Origin: a virus
Virus genome (UHGV): UHGV-0116223
Reading direction: 5' to 3' (one strand)
DNA length: 23,152 nt
The notes under the pieces: generated by a model
Seen by the model: only the letters and a program-made list of their open reading frames with translations
The model's database searches: none
Told to the model about the DNA's origin: nothing
Program-made: the position numbers and the translations under genes
Shown here: one piece after another, positions 8,901 through 16,116 of the stretch
How the letters are laid out: the number at the start of each line of letters is the position of its first letter
Numbering within the stretch: position 1 is the stretch's first letter

Positions 8901-10553
8901 GCAGGTACGCTGGCGGATGCATCGGTCAGTGGCGCGACAGGAAGCCTGTCGTTAATGACGCCACGGGATAATGTTACGCCAGTTAAACTCGAAGGGGCGG
9001 TCCGGATTACCGATAGCGCGACATTGACTCTGGGAAATGGCGTCGATACCACGCTTGCCGACCTGACGGCTGCCAGCCGGGGCAGTGTCTGGCTTAACAG
9101 CAATAATTCCTGTGCAGGTACCAGCAACTGCGAATATAGAGTAAACAGTTTGCTACTCAACGACGGTGATGTTTATTTGTCAGCACAAACAGCAGCGCCT
9201 GCCACAACTAACGGTATCTACAATACGCTGACAACCAATGAACTTTCCGGTAGCGGTAATTTCTACCTGCATACCAACGTTGCAGGCTCCCGGGGCGATC
9301 AACTGGTCGTCAACAACAACGCCACTGGTAATTTTAAAATCTTTGTTCAGGATACCGGCGTCAGCCCACAGTCTGACGACGCGATGACGCTGGTGAAAAC
9401 AGGGGGAGGGGATGCTTCGTTTACGCTGGGCAATACCGGCGGTTTCGTTGATCTTGGGACCTATGAGTATGTCCTGAAAAGTGACGGCAACAGCAACTGG
9501 AACCTGACCAATGATGTCAAACCCAACCCGGACCCCATCCCAAATCCAAAGCCAGACCCAAAACCCGATCCAAAGCCAGACCCAAATCCAAAACCAGACC
9601 CTACTCCCGATCCAACGCCGACACCCGTTCCGGAGAAACGCATTACGCCTTCTACGGCAGCCGTACTCAATATGGCAGCAACATTACCGTTGGTATTTGA
9701 TGCTGAGCTAAACAGTATTCGCGAGCGGTTGAACATAATGAAAGCGAGTCCACACAACAATAATGTCTGGGGGGCGACGTATAACACCCGTAATAATGTC
9801 ACCACCGATGCGGGTGCCGGGTTTGAGCAGACGCTGACCGGAATGACAGTGGGGATCGACAGCCGTAATGATATTCCTGAAGGAATTACCACGCTAGGCG
9901 CTTTTATGGGCTATTCCCATTCACATATCGGTTTTGATCGCGGAGGACATGGCAGTGTGGGCAGTTATTCTCTGGGCGGCTATGCCAGTTGGGAACATGA
10001 AAGTGGTTTCTATCTGGACGGTGTCGTGAAGCTGAACCGTTTTAAAAGTAACGTAGCAGGTAAAATGAGCAGCGGTGGAGCCGCCAATGGCAGTTACCAC
10101 AGCAACGGGCTGGGCGGTCACATTGAAACCGGGATGCGATTTACCGATGGTAACTGGAACCTGACGCCGTATGCATCGTTAACGGGGTTCACCGCTGATA
10201 ACCCCGAATATCATTTATCCAATGGCATGAAATCGAAATCAGTCGATACCCGCAGTATATATCGTGAACTGGGCGCAACGCTGAGTTACAACATGCGTCT
10301 GGGGAACGGTATGGAAGTTGAGCCGTGGCTGAAGGCGGCTGTGCGCAAAGAATTTGTCGATGATAACCGGGTGAAAGTGAATAGTGACGGTAATTTCGTC
10401 AATTATTTGTCGGGCAGACGTGGAATATACCAGGCAGGTATTAAAGCCTCATTCAGCAGTACGTTAAGCGGGCATCTTGGGGTGGGGTATAGCCATAGTG
10501 CCGGTGTGGAATCCCCGTGGAACGCGGTAGCTGGTGTGAACTGGTCGTTCTGA
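5973..10553 (+). CDS. ypjA: AIDA-I-type autotransporter adhesin (1526 aa): extended signal peptide, beta-helical passenger, Pro-rich linker, C-terminal beta-barrel
   Basis: MKF-MNRTSPYYCRRSVLSLLISALIYA extended signal peptide (ATGs at 5964 and 5973, GAGG upstream). About 19-aa degenerate repeats (TTINGGxQxV...GG). PNPDPIPNPKPDPKPDP linker. C-terminal aromatic-rich barrel ending ...AGVNWSF. TGA at 10551-10553. Length 1526 aa from 5973 matches recalled K-12 ypjA. Confidence 0.9.
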   Translation: MNRTSPYYCRRSVLSLLISALIYAPPGMAAFTTNVIGVVNDETVDGNQKVDERGTTNNTHIINHGQQNVHGGVSNGSLIESGGYQDIGSHNNFVGQANNTTINGGRQSIHDGGISTGTTIESGNQDVYKGGISNGTTIKGGASRVEGGSANGILIDGGSQIVKVQGHADGTTINKSGSQDVVQGSLATNTTINGGRQYVEQSTVETTTIKNGGEQRVYESRALDTTIEGGTQSLNSKSTAKNTHIYSGGTQIVDNTSTSDVIEVYSGGVLDVSGGTATNVTQHDGAILKTNTNGTTVSGTNSEGAFSIHNHVADNVLLENGGHLDINAYGSANKTIIKDKGTMSVLTNAKADATRIDNGGVMDVAGNATNTIINGGTQNINNYGIATGTNINSGTQNIKSGGKADTTIISSGSRQVVEKDGTAIGSNISAGGSLIVYTGGIAHGVNQETGSALVANTGAGTDIEGYNKLSHFTITGGEANYVVLENTGELTVVAKTSAKNTTIDTGGKLIVQKEAKTDSTRLNNGGVLEVQDGGEAKHVEQQSGGALIASTTSGTLIEGTNSYGDAFYIRNSEAKNVVLENAGSLTVVTGSRAVDTIINANGKMDVYGKDVGTVLNSAGTQTIYASATSDKANIKGGKQTVYGLATEANIESGEQIVDGGSTEKTHINGGTQTVQNYGKAINTDIVSGLQQIMANGTAEGSIINGGSQVVNEGGLAENSVLNDGGTLDVREKGSATGIQQSSQGALVATTRATRVTGTRADGVAFSIEQGAANNILLANGGVLTVESDTSSDKTQVNMGGREIVKTKATATGTTLTGGEQIVEGVANETTINDGGIQTVSANGEAIKTKINEGGTLTVNDNGKATDIVQNSGAALQTSTANGIEISGTHQYGTFSISGNLATNMLLENGGNLLVLAGTEARDSTVGKGGAMQNLGQDSATKVNSGGQYTLGRSKDEFQALARAEDLQVAGGTAIVYAGTLADASVSGATGSLSLMTPRDNVTPVKLEGAVRITDSATLTLGNGVDTTLADLTAASRGSVWLNSNNSCAGTSNCEYRVNSLLLNDGDVYLSAQTAAPATTNGIYNTLTTNELSGSGNFYLHTNVAGSRGDQLVVNNNATGNFKIFVQDTGVSPQSDDAMTLVKTGGGDASFTLGNTGGFVDLGTYEYVLKSDGNSNWNLTNDVKPNPDPIPNPKPDPKPDPKPDPNPKPDPTPDPTPTPVPEKRITPSTAAVLNMAATLPLVFDAELNSIRERLNIMKASPHNNNVWGATYNTRNNVTTDAGAGFEQTLTGMTVGIDSRNDIPEGITTLGAFMGYSHSHIGFDRGGHGSVGSYSLGGYASWEHESGFYLDGVVKLNRFKSNVAGKMSSGGAANGSYHSNGLGGHIETGMRFTDGNWNLTPYASLTGFTADNPEYHLSNGMKSKSVDTRSIYRELGATLSYNMRLGNGMEVEPWLKAAVRKEFVDDNRVKVNSDGNFVNYLSGRRGIYQAGIKASFSSTLSGHLGVGYSHSAGVESPWNAVAGVNWSF
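9520..9630 (+). repeat. imperfect tandem 12/24-bp repeats encoding the (P-x-P-D/K) autotransporter linker
   Basis: ccaaagccagacccaaa occurs at 9546-9562 and 9570-9586, embedded in a run of cc(a/c)(a/g)a(c/t)cc(a/g)ga(c/t) units. Confidence 0.6.
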
Positions 10554-10564
10554 CCATCAACGAA

Positions 10565-10611
10565 AAAGCCCACATCTGTGGGCTTTCATGTTACCAGGAG
10601 CCGCGGCTCCT
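10565..10611 (+). terminator. tandem hairpins downstream of the autotransporter gene
   Basis: Perfect 10-bp inverted repeat aaagcccaca/tgtgggcttt (10565-10586) followed by T-rich tract, then perfect 16-nt palindrome aggagccgcggctcct (10596-10611) followed by ttgcgtatcctttt. Confidence 0.55.
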
Positions 10612-10702
10612 TTGCGTATCCTTTTATGTCTCCTCACCGTCTGGTCGGTGTTTTGCTGAGACTTCTAACTTCCTGTTTTTGTTGGTGTTGTCCTTACACC
10701 GT

Positions 10703-10743
10703 CCAATCATGATTGGCTGGCGGGAGTTGAACCCGTGTCCGAA
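10703..10743 (-). other. attachment-site remnant: 28-nt ssrA (tmRNA) 3'-end-like core next to a 14-bp palindrome
   Basis: Minus strand 10743-10716 reads TTCGGACACGGGTTCAACTCCCGCCAGC, matching the recalled ssrA 3' region TTCGGACGCGGGTTCAACTCCCGCCAGC with 1 mismatch; the terminal TCCACCA is absent. Adjacent perfect palindrome ccaatcatgattgg (10703-10716). GC content and gene content change at this point. Confidence 0.55.
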
Positions 10744-10818
10744 TATTTGCAATGCGTTGATTTATAACGAATAAAATTTAAAGTTGGTTCTTACGGCTCT
10801 TTTGCGGATATTTTACTA

Positions 10819-11637
10819 TCAATTCGTAGTCCTGCCATATTTACGTTTTTTCTTGCGGTTTGTTTCTGGTTTCTTCTCTCGGTTATTGTCTACTTTTTCA
10901 TGTATATCCATATTGAACCAAGAAGCATGCGAAACCTCACTTAATGGAAATATGATACTGGTATCAACTCCATCAAGATCGTTGTAATCATTTGAAAACA
11001 GGACCCTTAGTGTGTCCTTGTCCCTGTAACCAGATATGATTGGGCTAATAGAAATTTCAAGGTTAGGGCCTTGTTTTTCGTTTGGCTCACTAATCATGTT
11101 AACTGTTCCGACATATACTTTGCGGCATTTCAGGCTTATCAGTACCGGTCTGTTTGTAGTCGCTGAATCAAAGAATAGCTGACCAAGTGAGCCATCAGAC
11201 AACAGTTTTTCCAACTCATTAAGCCTGATTAGTTGCTTTGCGAAATTGATAGAAATTGCATTATTGGATGCAGAACTAATAGTTTTTGCTGCCACAAACA
11301 TACGAAATTTGCATATCTGCAACCAAATAAAAGCAACTCCACAAGTCGCCACTGATAGCAGGATGAGCCATGATGTTATCCTGTTTTCTTTAGGGTCTGC
11401 ACTACCATCAATAAGATGTGATACCCATGTGACCAGTGTAAGGCTTGGTATAAAGTACTTGGTTGCATACGCCAGCACGACTGCAACAATGAACGAGTAC
11501 ACACCGTACGTGGCCACCTTCATATAGAGAAGCTGGCCGTCGTAACGGTGGAGTCGATAGAATAATTTGATGTTATGGGGCGATGTAACCAGTAAGGATC
11601 CACTTACTAAAAGTGGAATGATCAGCAATGCAAACAT
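10819..11637 (-). CDS. hypothetical membrane protein (272 aa): three N-terminal TM helices, soluble C-terminal domain, Lys/Arg-rich tail; second gene of cargo operon
   Basis: ATG at 11635-11637 lies 3 nt after the TAA of the upstream gene (translational coupling). About 38% GC versus about 55% in phage structural genes. Hydrophobic segments at residues 1-17, 40-62 and 85-107. No motif I can assign. Confidence 0.7.
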   Translation of the reverse strand: MFALLIIPLLVSGSLLVTSPHNIKLFYRLHRYDGQLLYMKVATYGVYSFIVAVVLAYATKYFIPSLTLVTWVSHLIDGSADPKENRITSWLILLSVATCGVAFIWLQICKFRMFVAAKTISSASNNAISINFAKQLIRLNELEKLLSDGSLGQLFFDSATTNRPVLISLKCRKVYVGTVNMISEPNEKQGPNLEISISPIISGYRDKDTLRVLFSNDYNDLDGVDTSIIFPLSEVSHASWFNMDIHEKVDNNREKKPETNRKKKRKYGRTTN

Positions 11638-11640
11638 TTG

Positions 11641-11889
11641 TTAGTCGTCATTGTCCATTGAGTTAGCTTTAGCGGCTGCAACAGCTTTTGCATCCTGCTC
11701 GACGAATTTTCTAGCTGCTTTCCTAAGCTGAGTGATTTTTTCTGGGTCAGTAGATGGGTCTACAATAACTGCACCACGCCCTACGACCTTGATGTTTTTA
11801 ACACCAGATTTGTTCAAACGATCGGCCATGGCTTGTCCGCCTTTGACCAAATCATTCAGCCCAAACATCTTCATGACTAGTTCTGACAT
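11641..11889 (-). CDS. hypothetical small soluble protein (82 aa); first gene of cargo operon
   Basis: ATG at 11887-11889 with AGGAGG RBS at 5-nt spacing (plus 11895-11900). Hydrophilic, Ala/Lys-rich, acidic C-terminus (MDNDD). No recognisable domain. Confidence 0.7.
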   Translation of the reverse strand: MSELVMKMFGLNDLVKGGQAMADRLNKSGVKNIKVVGRGAVIVDPSTDPEKITQLRKAARKFVEQDAKAVAAAKANSMDNDD

Positions 11890-12184
11890 AAAGACCTCCT
11901 TTCAGTCCCCCCAATGTATCCTTTTGAGGCATTTATTGCTCCCCGCAGAACGGGGCGCGGGATTTTACCATAATCTACGTACTGGCTCCAAGATTTCCCG
12001 CGTGTTCCTAGTACTAGGACAGCTGCCTGAGTACCAAGTTCACCTATAACATATATGCTTGGTTCGAATTTTTGCAAGGTAAAAAGTGCCTTATGTTTAA
12101 GTATGTATGATGTGGATATGACGAACATAACCACATCACAAATAACTTTTTATCAGGTTTCAGTGGCTATTTGTTCGGGCAGCA

Positions 12185-13360
12185 TCAAGCCTGTTTTGTA
12201 TCATTAGTATTTTTAGCGGTATGTCCGTCATATGCAGCAAGGTAACTGCCATAGTGACGAAATAGCATTTCTGGTCCCTTATGGCCCATCTGGCCTGCAA
12301 GCCAGAACAGGTTCGCACCACGGCTGATATGGCTGGTGGCGAATGTATGCCTGGTCTGATATGGGTTACGGTACCGGATACCTGCTTTACGTAAGGTTGG
12401 TATCCACGCTTTTTTCCTTATCGCATCGGCGCTGGCCCACGGTTTGTTTGTCTTTGGATCTTCAAAGACAGTAGCATCCTTCATGAATGTAAATGGCTTC
12501 TGATTTATCAGCGCCAACATTGCCTCTTCTGTCAGTTCAACTTTACGAGTACCGGCTTTTGTCTTTGTTCCTTTGATAACACCGACAACACTTGCGCTCT
12601 GGACATGGGCAGTTTTTCCAACAAAGTCGATATCACGCCATCGAAGGGCACATAATTCAGAACTACGCAGGCCTGTATGTATAGCGAACCGGAACAGATT
12701 TTCCCATTGTTTGTTTCCGGCTGCTGCTAGTAATGCATCAACTTCTGCTGGTGATAGCGGATCAACCACGTAGCTGCTTTCTGCTTCTGACTTATCACTT
12801 TGGTAGCGCGAAGCAGTTACCAACGATACGGGGTTAATTTGAAGTACCCCATCGGTTACGGCTTCATCAAGTGCTGACCGCAGGAAAGATAACTGGTTGC
12901 GAATTGTTTTTGAGGTCGTTTTCTGGCTTTGAATCCACGCTTTCAGGATTGCTGGTGTTAATTCACTTGCAGGGCAAATGTGGAGTGAGGCTAACGCACT
13001 ACGGCATTTTTTATAACCACCAATCGTAGAGGGTGAAAGTTTTCTCGTTTCGCAGATTTCAAGGTATTCGTCCAGGTACATTTTTACCGTTTTGCCTGCA
13101 GCAGCATTACCAAAAATTTTCAAACGAGCAGAACGGGGAAAATATTCCGCATAAATGAATGTTCCCCTTTCGATCTTATTATGAATTTCGCCGAGTGTGC
13201 GCTCGGCGTATTTTATGTTCTTTGGTATTACTTCCAGATTGGAAAGAGGCTCACGACATTTAACTCCTTTGTAGGTGAAAGTTATATTGATCGTTTCGCC
13301 CTGGCGGTGTTTCCTGATTGTTACGCCGCGCGGTAGTTTGAGCAGTTTTGTCTGGCCCAT
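12185..13360 (-). CDS. phage tyrosine integrase (site-specific recombinase)
   Basis: 391 aa. Catalytic-domain motifs TGLRSSELCALRWRDID, RHTFATSHISRG, LAGQMGH and RHYGSY (Arg-His-Arg-Tyr set). GAGG RBS before the ATG at 13360. Overlapped at its 5' end by the excisionase-like gene. Confidence 0.93.
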   Translation of the reverse strand: MGQTKLLKLPRGVTIRKHRQGETINITFTYKGVKCREPLSNLEVIPKNIKYAERTLGEIHNKIERGTFIYAEYFPRSARLKIFGNAAAGKTVKMYLDEYLEICETRKLSPSTIGGYKKCRSALASLHICPASELTPAILKAWIQSQKTTSKTIRNQLSFLRSALDEAVTDGVLQINPVSLVTASRYQSDKSEAESSYVVDPLSPAEVDALLAAAGNKQWENLFRFAIHTGLRSSELCALRWRDIDFVGKTAHVQSASVVGVIKGTKTKAGTRKVELTEEAMLALINQKPFTFMKDATVFEDPKTNKPWASADAIRKKAWIPTLRKAGIRYRNPYQTRHTFATSHISRGANLFWLAGQMGHKGPEMLFRHYGSYLAAYDGHTAKNTNDTKQA

Positions 13361-13527
13361 TTTGCAACCTCACTAAGATCAATCCACCTCTCCTTAACGC
13401 CTTCAACCTTTAAAACCTGAACACCTTCACGCCAAACACCGCGCTGTACACGTTTGTTTATTGCTTCAGGAGTTTCGCCAGTTTCTTTGCAATAAGTTGA
13501 GATTGGAACACAATCGAGGTTCAGCAT
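13321..13527 (-). CDS. putative excisionase / small DNA-binding protein (about 68 aa)
   Basis: Small basic ORF immediately upstream of int and overlapping its start by 40 nt. GGAG RBS 6 nt before the ATG at 13525-13527 (the table start at 13539 is a GTG further upstream). Call rests on position and size only. Confidence 0.5.
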   Translation of the reverse strand: MLNLDCVPISTYCKETGETPEAINKRVQRGVWREGVQVLKVEGVKERWIDLSEVAKWARQNCSNYRAA

Positions 13528-13586
13528 ATGTTTCTCCACTTAGCCCGCTGCACACGGGCAGTAATATCAAATTCCAGTCCTGATAA

Positions 13587-13802
13587 TTAATTTTGTTCCC
13601 TGGTTGCTACCTGTTTTATTGGCCTGATGCTGTCCAGTAGCAGACGGCGACGCATGTTAGGTGCCCCCCAACGGTAACCAGTCTTTTTGTCGTAGGATTC
13701 ACAACGTCCGGCAACCCAGGACGTTTCAGTGGAATGTAATTTCATCCGCTTTTCACCGTCTCGGGTGATAACAATTCCTGTATGAGTTTTTATCACGCTC
13801 AT
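13587..13802 (-). CDS. hypothetical phage early protein (71 aa)
   Basis: ATG overlaps the stop of the upstream gene (ATGA, 13799-13802), indicating translational coupling. Confidence 0.5.
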   Translation of the reverse strand: MSVIKTHTGIVITRDGEKRMKLHSTETSWVAGRCESYDKKTGYRWGAPNMRRRLLLDSIRPIKQVATREQN

Positions 13803-14161
13803 TTCTTAGTCTCTGGTGCTTTCGGCATTACTGCCCAGTGAGTGATATTGACGTTTTCAAGGTCCCCGACCTGAAATGTCCACTGCCATTCTCCGGTTTC
13901 TTTTTGTCCCCAGGTGTACCAGAGAGAACGCCAGCCAATCAGCCAGCCTTCTCCGTTAGCATCAAATAACAGAACACTTTCATTTGCTGGTGGCAGTTCA
14001 GCTGACACTGGTATTATTTTGCTTTCCAGTGCCGCACATTTAGCTTCAAGCGCGTCGAATTTACGTACCAGGTACTCAGCATTTGTTTCGTTCACTTTCA
14101 GATCTCGCGGTACACATTTCCCGCGAAGAAACCCTTCCATTTCGAAAACATTCATGCGCAT
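13799..14161 (-). CDS. phage protein with DUF551-like C-terminus (120 aa; YfdS-like)
   Basis: C-terminal WxxGxxxTGEWQW...THWAVMPKAPE resembles the DUF551 signature common in lambdoid early regions. GGAG RBS. Length matches recalled CPS-53 YfdS. Confidence 0.6.
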   Translation of the reverse strand: MRMNVFEMEGFLRGKCVPRDLKVNETNAEYLVRKFDALEAKCAALESKIIPVSAELPPANESVLLFDANGEGWLIGWRSLWYTWGQKETGEWQWTFQVGDLENVNITHWAVMPKAPETKK

Positions 14162-14688
14162 TTGCGTAACTCCGATAATTCGTTAAAGCGTTCCATAAAC
14201 ATCCCGTAGGCATGGCCTGGAGCCAGTGGAATCACGTTGAACATCTCTGTTGCCGGGATACCTTCCAGCACAGGCCAGAAAGAGCCATCATCAAGCCCGA
14301 GATCGCGGCGTTCGGTTGCCAGCATGATGAGATCGGCATATTTCACTGGCGTGCTCATAACAGGAGGTAACCCGTATTTCTCACGGATTACGGCGTCTAT
14401 TTTTTCTTCCATCCGTTTATAGTCAGGAAGAAGTCGTTTCAGTGGTGCGGGGATGTCTTGGCAATACGCTTCTGTTGCATCATGCATTAACGCTTCAAAA
14501 GCAAATTCCTGCGGCACCAGCTGGCTGCAAAGAACCGCATGTTGGGCGACGCTGTAGAAGTGCGAAAGATGACCGGCAAAGCGACAGATATTTGAAAGGG
14601 AAACCGCGATATCGTTAATATCGATGTCGTCTTTATTTATCCTGTCATAATAAAAATGCTTCCCGGAAAAAGTTTTAATAAATGACAT
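14152..14688 (-). CDS. HD-domain phosphohydrolase (YfdR/YfbR-like 5'-deoxynucleotidase family), about 178 aa
   Basis: H...HD metal-binding motifs (RFAGHLSHFYSVAQH, LMHDATEAY). Probable start is the ATG at 14686-14688 with GGAG RBS (the table ORF starts 9 codons earlier). Confidence 0.75.
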   Translation of the reverse strand: MSFIKTFSGKHFYYDRINKDDIDINDIAVSLSNICRFAGHLSHFYSVAQHAVLCSQLVPQEFAFEALMHDATEAYCQDIPAPLKRLLPDYKRMEEKIDAVIREKYGLPPVMSTPVKYADLIMLATERRDLGLDDGSFWPVLEGIPATEMFNVIPLAPGHAYGMFMERFNELSELRKCA

Positions 14689-14781
14689 TTTGTTCTCCAC
14701 GTATATGCGCTGCACCGCGCTGAATTCTGGTAAAAAGAATCCCTCACCATCCGGCGATTATTGAGTAAATTACGTTTCCAT

Positions 14782-14803
14782 AAATGCCCCCGCAGGGGCA
14801 TTT
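14782..14803 (-). terminator. hairpin between the YfdQ-like and HD genes
   Basis: Perfect 9-bp stem aaatgcccc/ggggcattt with 4-nt loop, 13 nt downstream of the stop at 14816; T-rich on the minus-strand 3' side. Confidence 0.45.
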
Positions 14804-14815
14804 GCAGTAATGAAA

Positions 14816-15640
14816 TCAGGCGGTGAAAGTACCAATAAAGGTTTCTACTTTGCTGTCCTTGAATTTCTCAACAAGCAGATCACGAAATTCGTTAGCCATT
14901 TCTTCCTGCACCGCCTCCAGCTGAATAATGCGCAGAACCAGTACAGGACGATCGCCAGTGATAATACTGAGGCGTAATTTAAACGGACGTTCTTTCAGAC
15001 CTTCAAACGGAACGCATTTAAATTCAAATGCCACTGGCATAATGTCTTTGGTCTTCGCTTCGACAGACTCCATCAGGGAGCGTTTGCCGCTGAAGTCATT
15101 ATCTTCAAAATCAGCGGTCTGGTTTGCTTCAATCGTGATTTTACGGACAGCCGCAGCCGCTTTTGTTGCCTGAATAGCGTCACCATTAGCATCAAAGCCC
15201 ACAAGATAGTCGGCCCAGTCTTCAATCCATTCTGCCAGTGACTTCTGGGAGTTACGCTCGCCGTTAACAGACAACAGAGCAGAGAACGGTGCTGTCTTTT
15301 TCAGTTTGAGTGTGGCGGTGTTATCTGCGTGACCTGGTTCATCAATAGTACCCAGGTTAAGCACACTGACGGCACGCATATTATCAGCATCGATAAAGCA
15401 GCGGGTGCCTTCATCTGCAAGATCTTTAGAATAACGGGTAAAGTCATCGATGCTGGCAGTGGAAAGCGCACCACGGAAACGGAAGCGATTTAAATTAAAT
15501 TTTTCCAGATCATGAATGCGGAAATTCTCAGGCAATGCCACAGCATCGGCACCAATCTTACTGATAATTTCATTAACACCCTGAGCAGAAATAAGGGCAT
15601 GGATTTGATTAATTGCGGTTGCGTCTAAGTTCTGAGACAT
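14816..15640 (-). CDS. phage early protein, YfdQ-like (274 aa)
   Basis: 274-aa ORF with GAGGA RBS. Same length and neighbourhood (next to the HD protein) as recalled CPS-53 YfdQ. Homology is recalled, not computed. Confidence 0.65.
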   Translation of the reverse strand: MSQNLDATAINQIHALISAQGVNEIISKIGADAVALPENFRIHDLEKFNLNRFRFRGALSTASIDDFTRYSKDLADEGTRCFIDADNMRAVSVLNLGTIDEPGHADNTATLKLKKTAPFSALLSVNGERNSQKSLAEWIEDWADYLVGFDANGDAIQATKAAAAVRKITIEANQTADFEDNDFSGKRSLMESVEAKTKDIMPVAFEFKCVPFEGLKERPFKLRLSIITGDRPVLVLRIIQLEAVQEEMANEFRDLLVEKFKDSKVETFIGTFTA

Positions 15641-15705
15641 AATAAGTCCTCACTATATAAAGATATTCAGTGATGAGATAAATAATCAGTTAATTAAAAA
15701 CGATA

Positions 15706-16068
15706 TTAACGACCTGCTGCGCGGAGTTTTCCGTCAGGTTCACCGGCAAGAGTCAGTAACTGTCCCTGGTCTTCCTGCAGAATAGTCAGGCGACCACCGC
15801 GATTGACATACATCGGCGTTTCGGTGGTGTCTTCTTCGGAAATTTTCCCGCGGTTAGTCGGGCGAACATATGAGAGTTTGTGTTTGATTTTCACACGGTT
15901 CTCATCAAATGGTTCGATTTCCAGGTTGAGTGAGACCTTACCTTTGGTTTTCGTGTTCATCACACCGGAAGCGACTTCACTGAGAACTGCGCCGATTTTG
16001 GTTTCAAATACGCCGCCGTCCAGCTCCCCGATAAATGCCTGCACATCAGTACTGCGTTCGCTAGCCAT
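15706..16068 (-). CDS. phage early protein (120 aa from the ATG at 16068; YfdP-like)
   Basis: GAGGAG RBS 7 nt upstream of the ATG at 16066-16068 (MASERSTD...). Last early gene before the lysis cassette. Confidence 0.6.
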   Translation of the reverse strand: MASERSTDVQAFIGELDGGVFETKIGAVLSEVASGVMNTKTKGKVSLNLEIEPFDENRVKIKHKLSYVRPTNRGKISEEDTTETPMYVNRGGRLTILQEDQGQLLTLAGEPDGKLRAAGR

Positions 16069-16116
16069 TTTGCTGCTCCTCATCATATCGACCCTGCAAG
16101 GCCGATTAGTTTCTCC

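Noticed and set aside
6018-10121. Multiple ORFs of 60-200 aa on the minus strand or in alternate frames inside the autotransporter gene (e.g. 8000-8608, 9461-9892)
   Set aside because: All lie within the 4.6-kb autotransporter CDS, whose repetitive GC-biased coding sequence generates long stop-free antisense frames. No RBS or motifs.
12055-12080. tRNA-like T-arm motif ggttcgaat as a possible second attachment site
   Set aside because: The flanking sequence cannot form a T-stem or acceptor stem, and there is no match to the ileY or ssrA 3' ends. Judged coincidental.
11732-12134. ORFs 11732-12049 (+) and 11877-12134 (-) in the int-cargo spacer
   Set aside because: They overlap the well-supported 82-aa gene or lie in the spacer without an RBS. 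The region is more plausibly regulatory.
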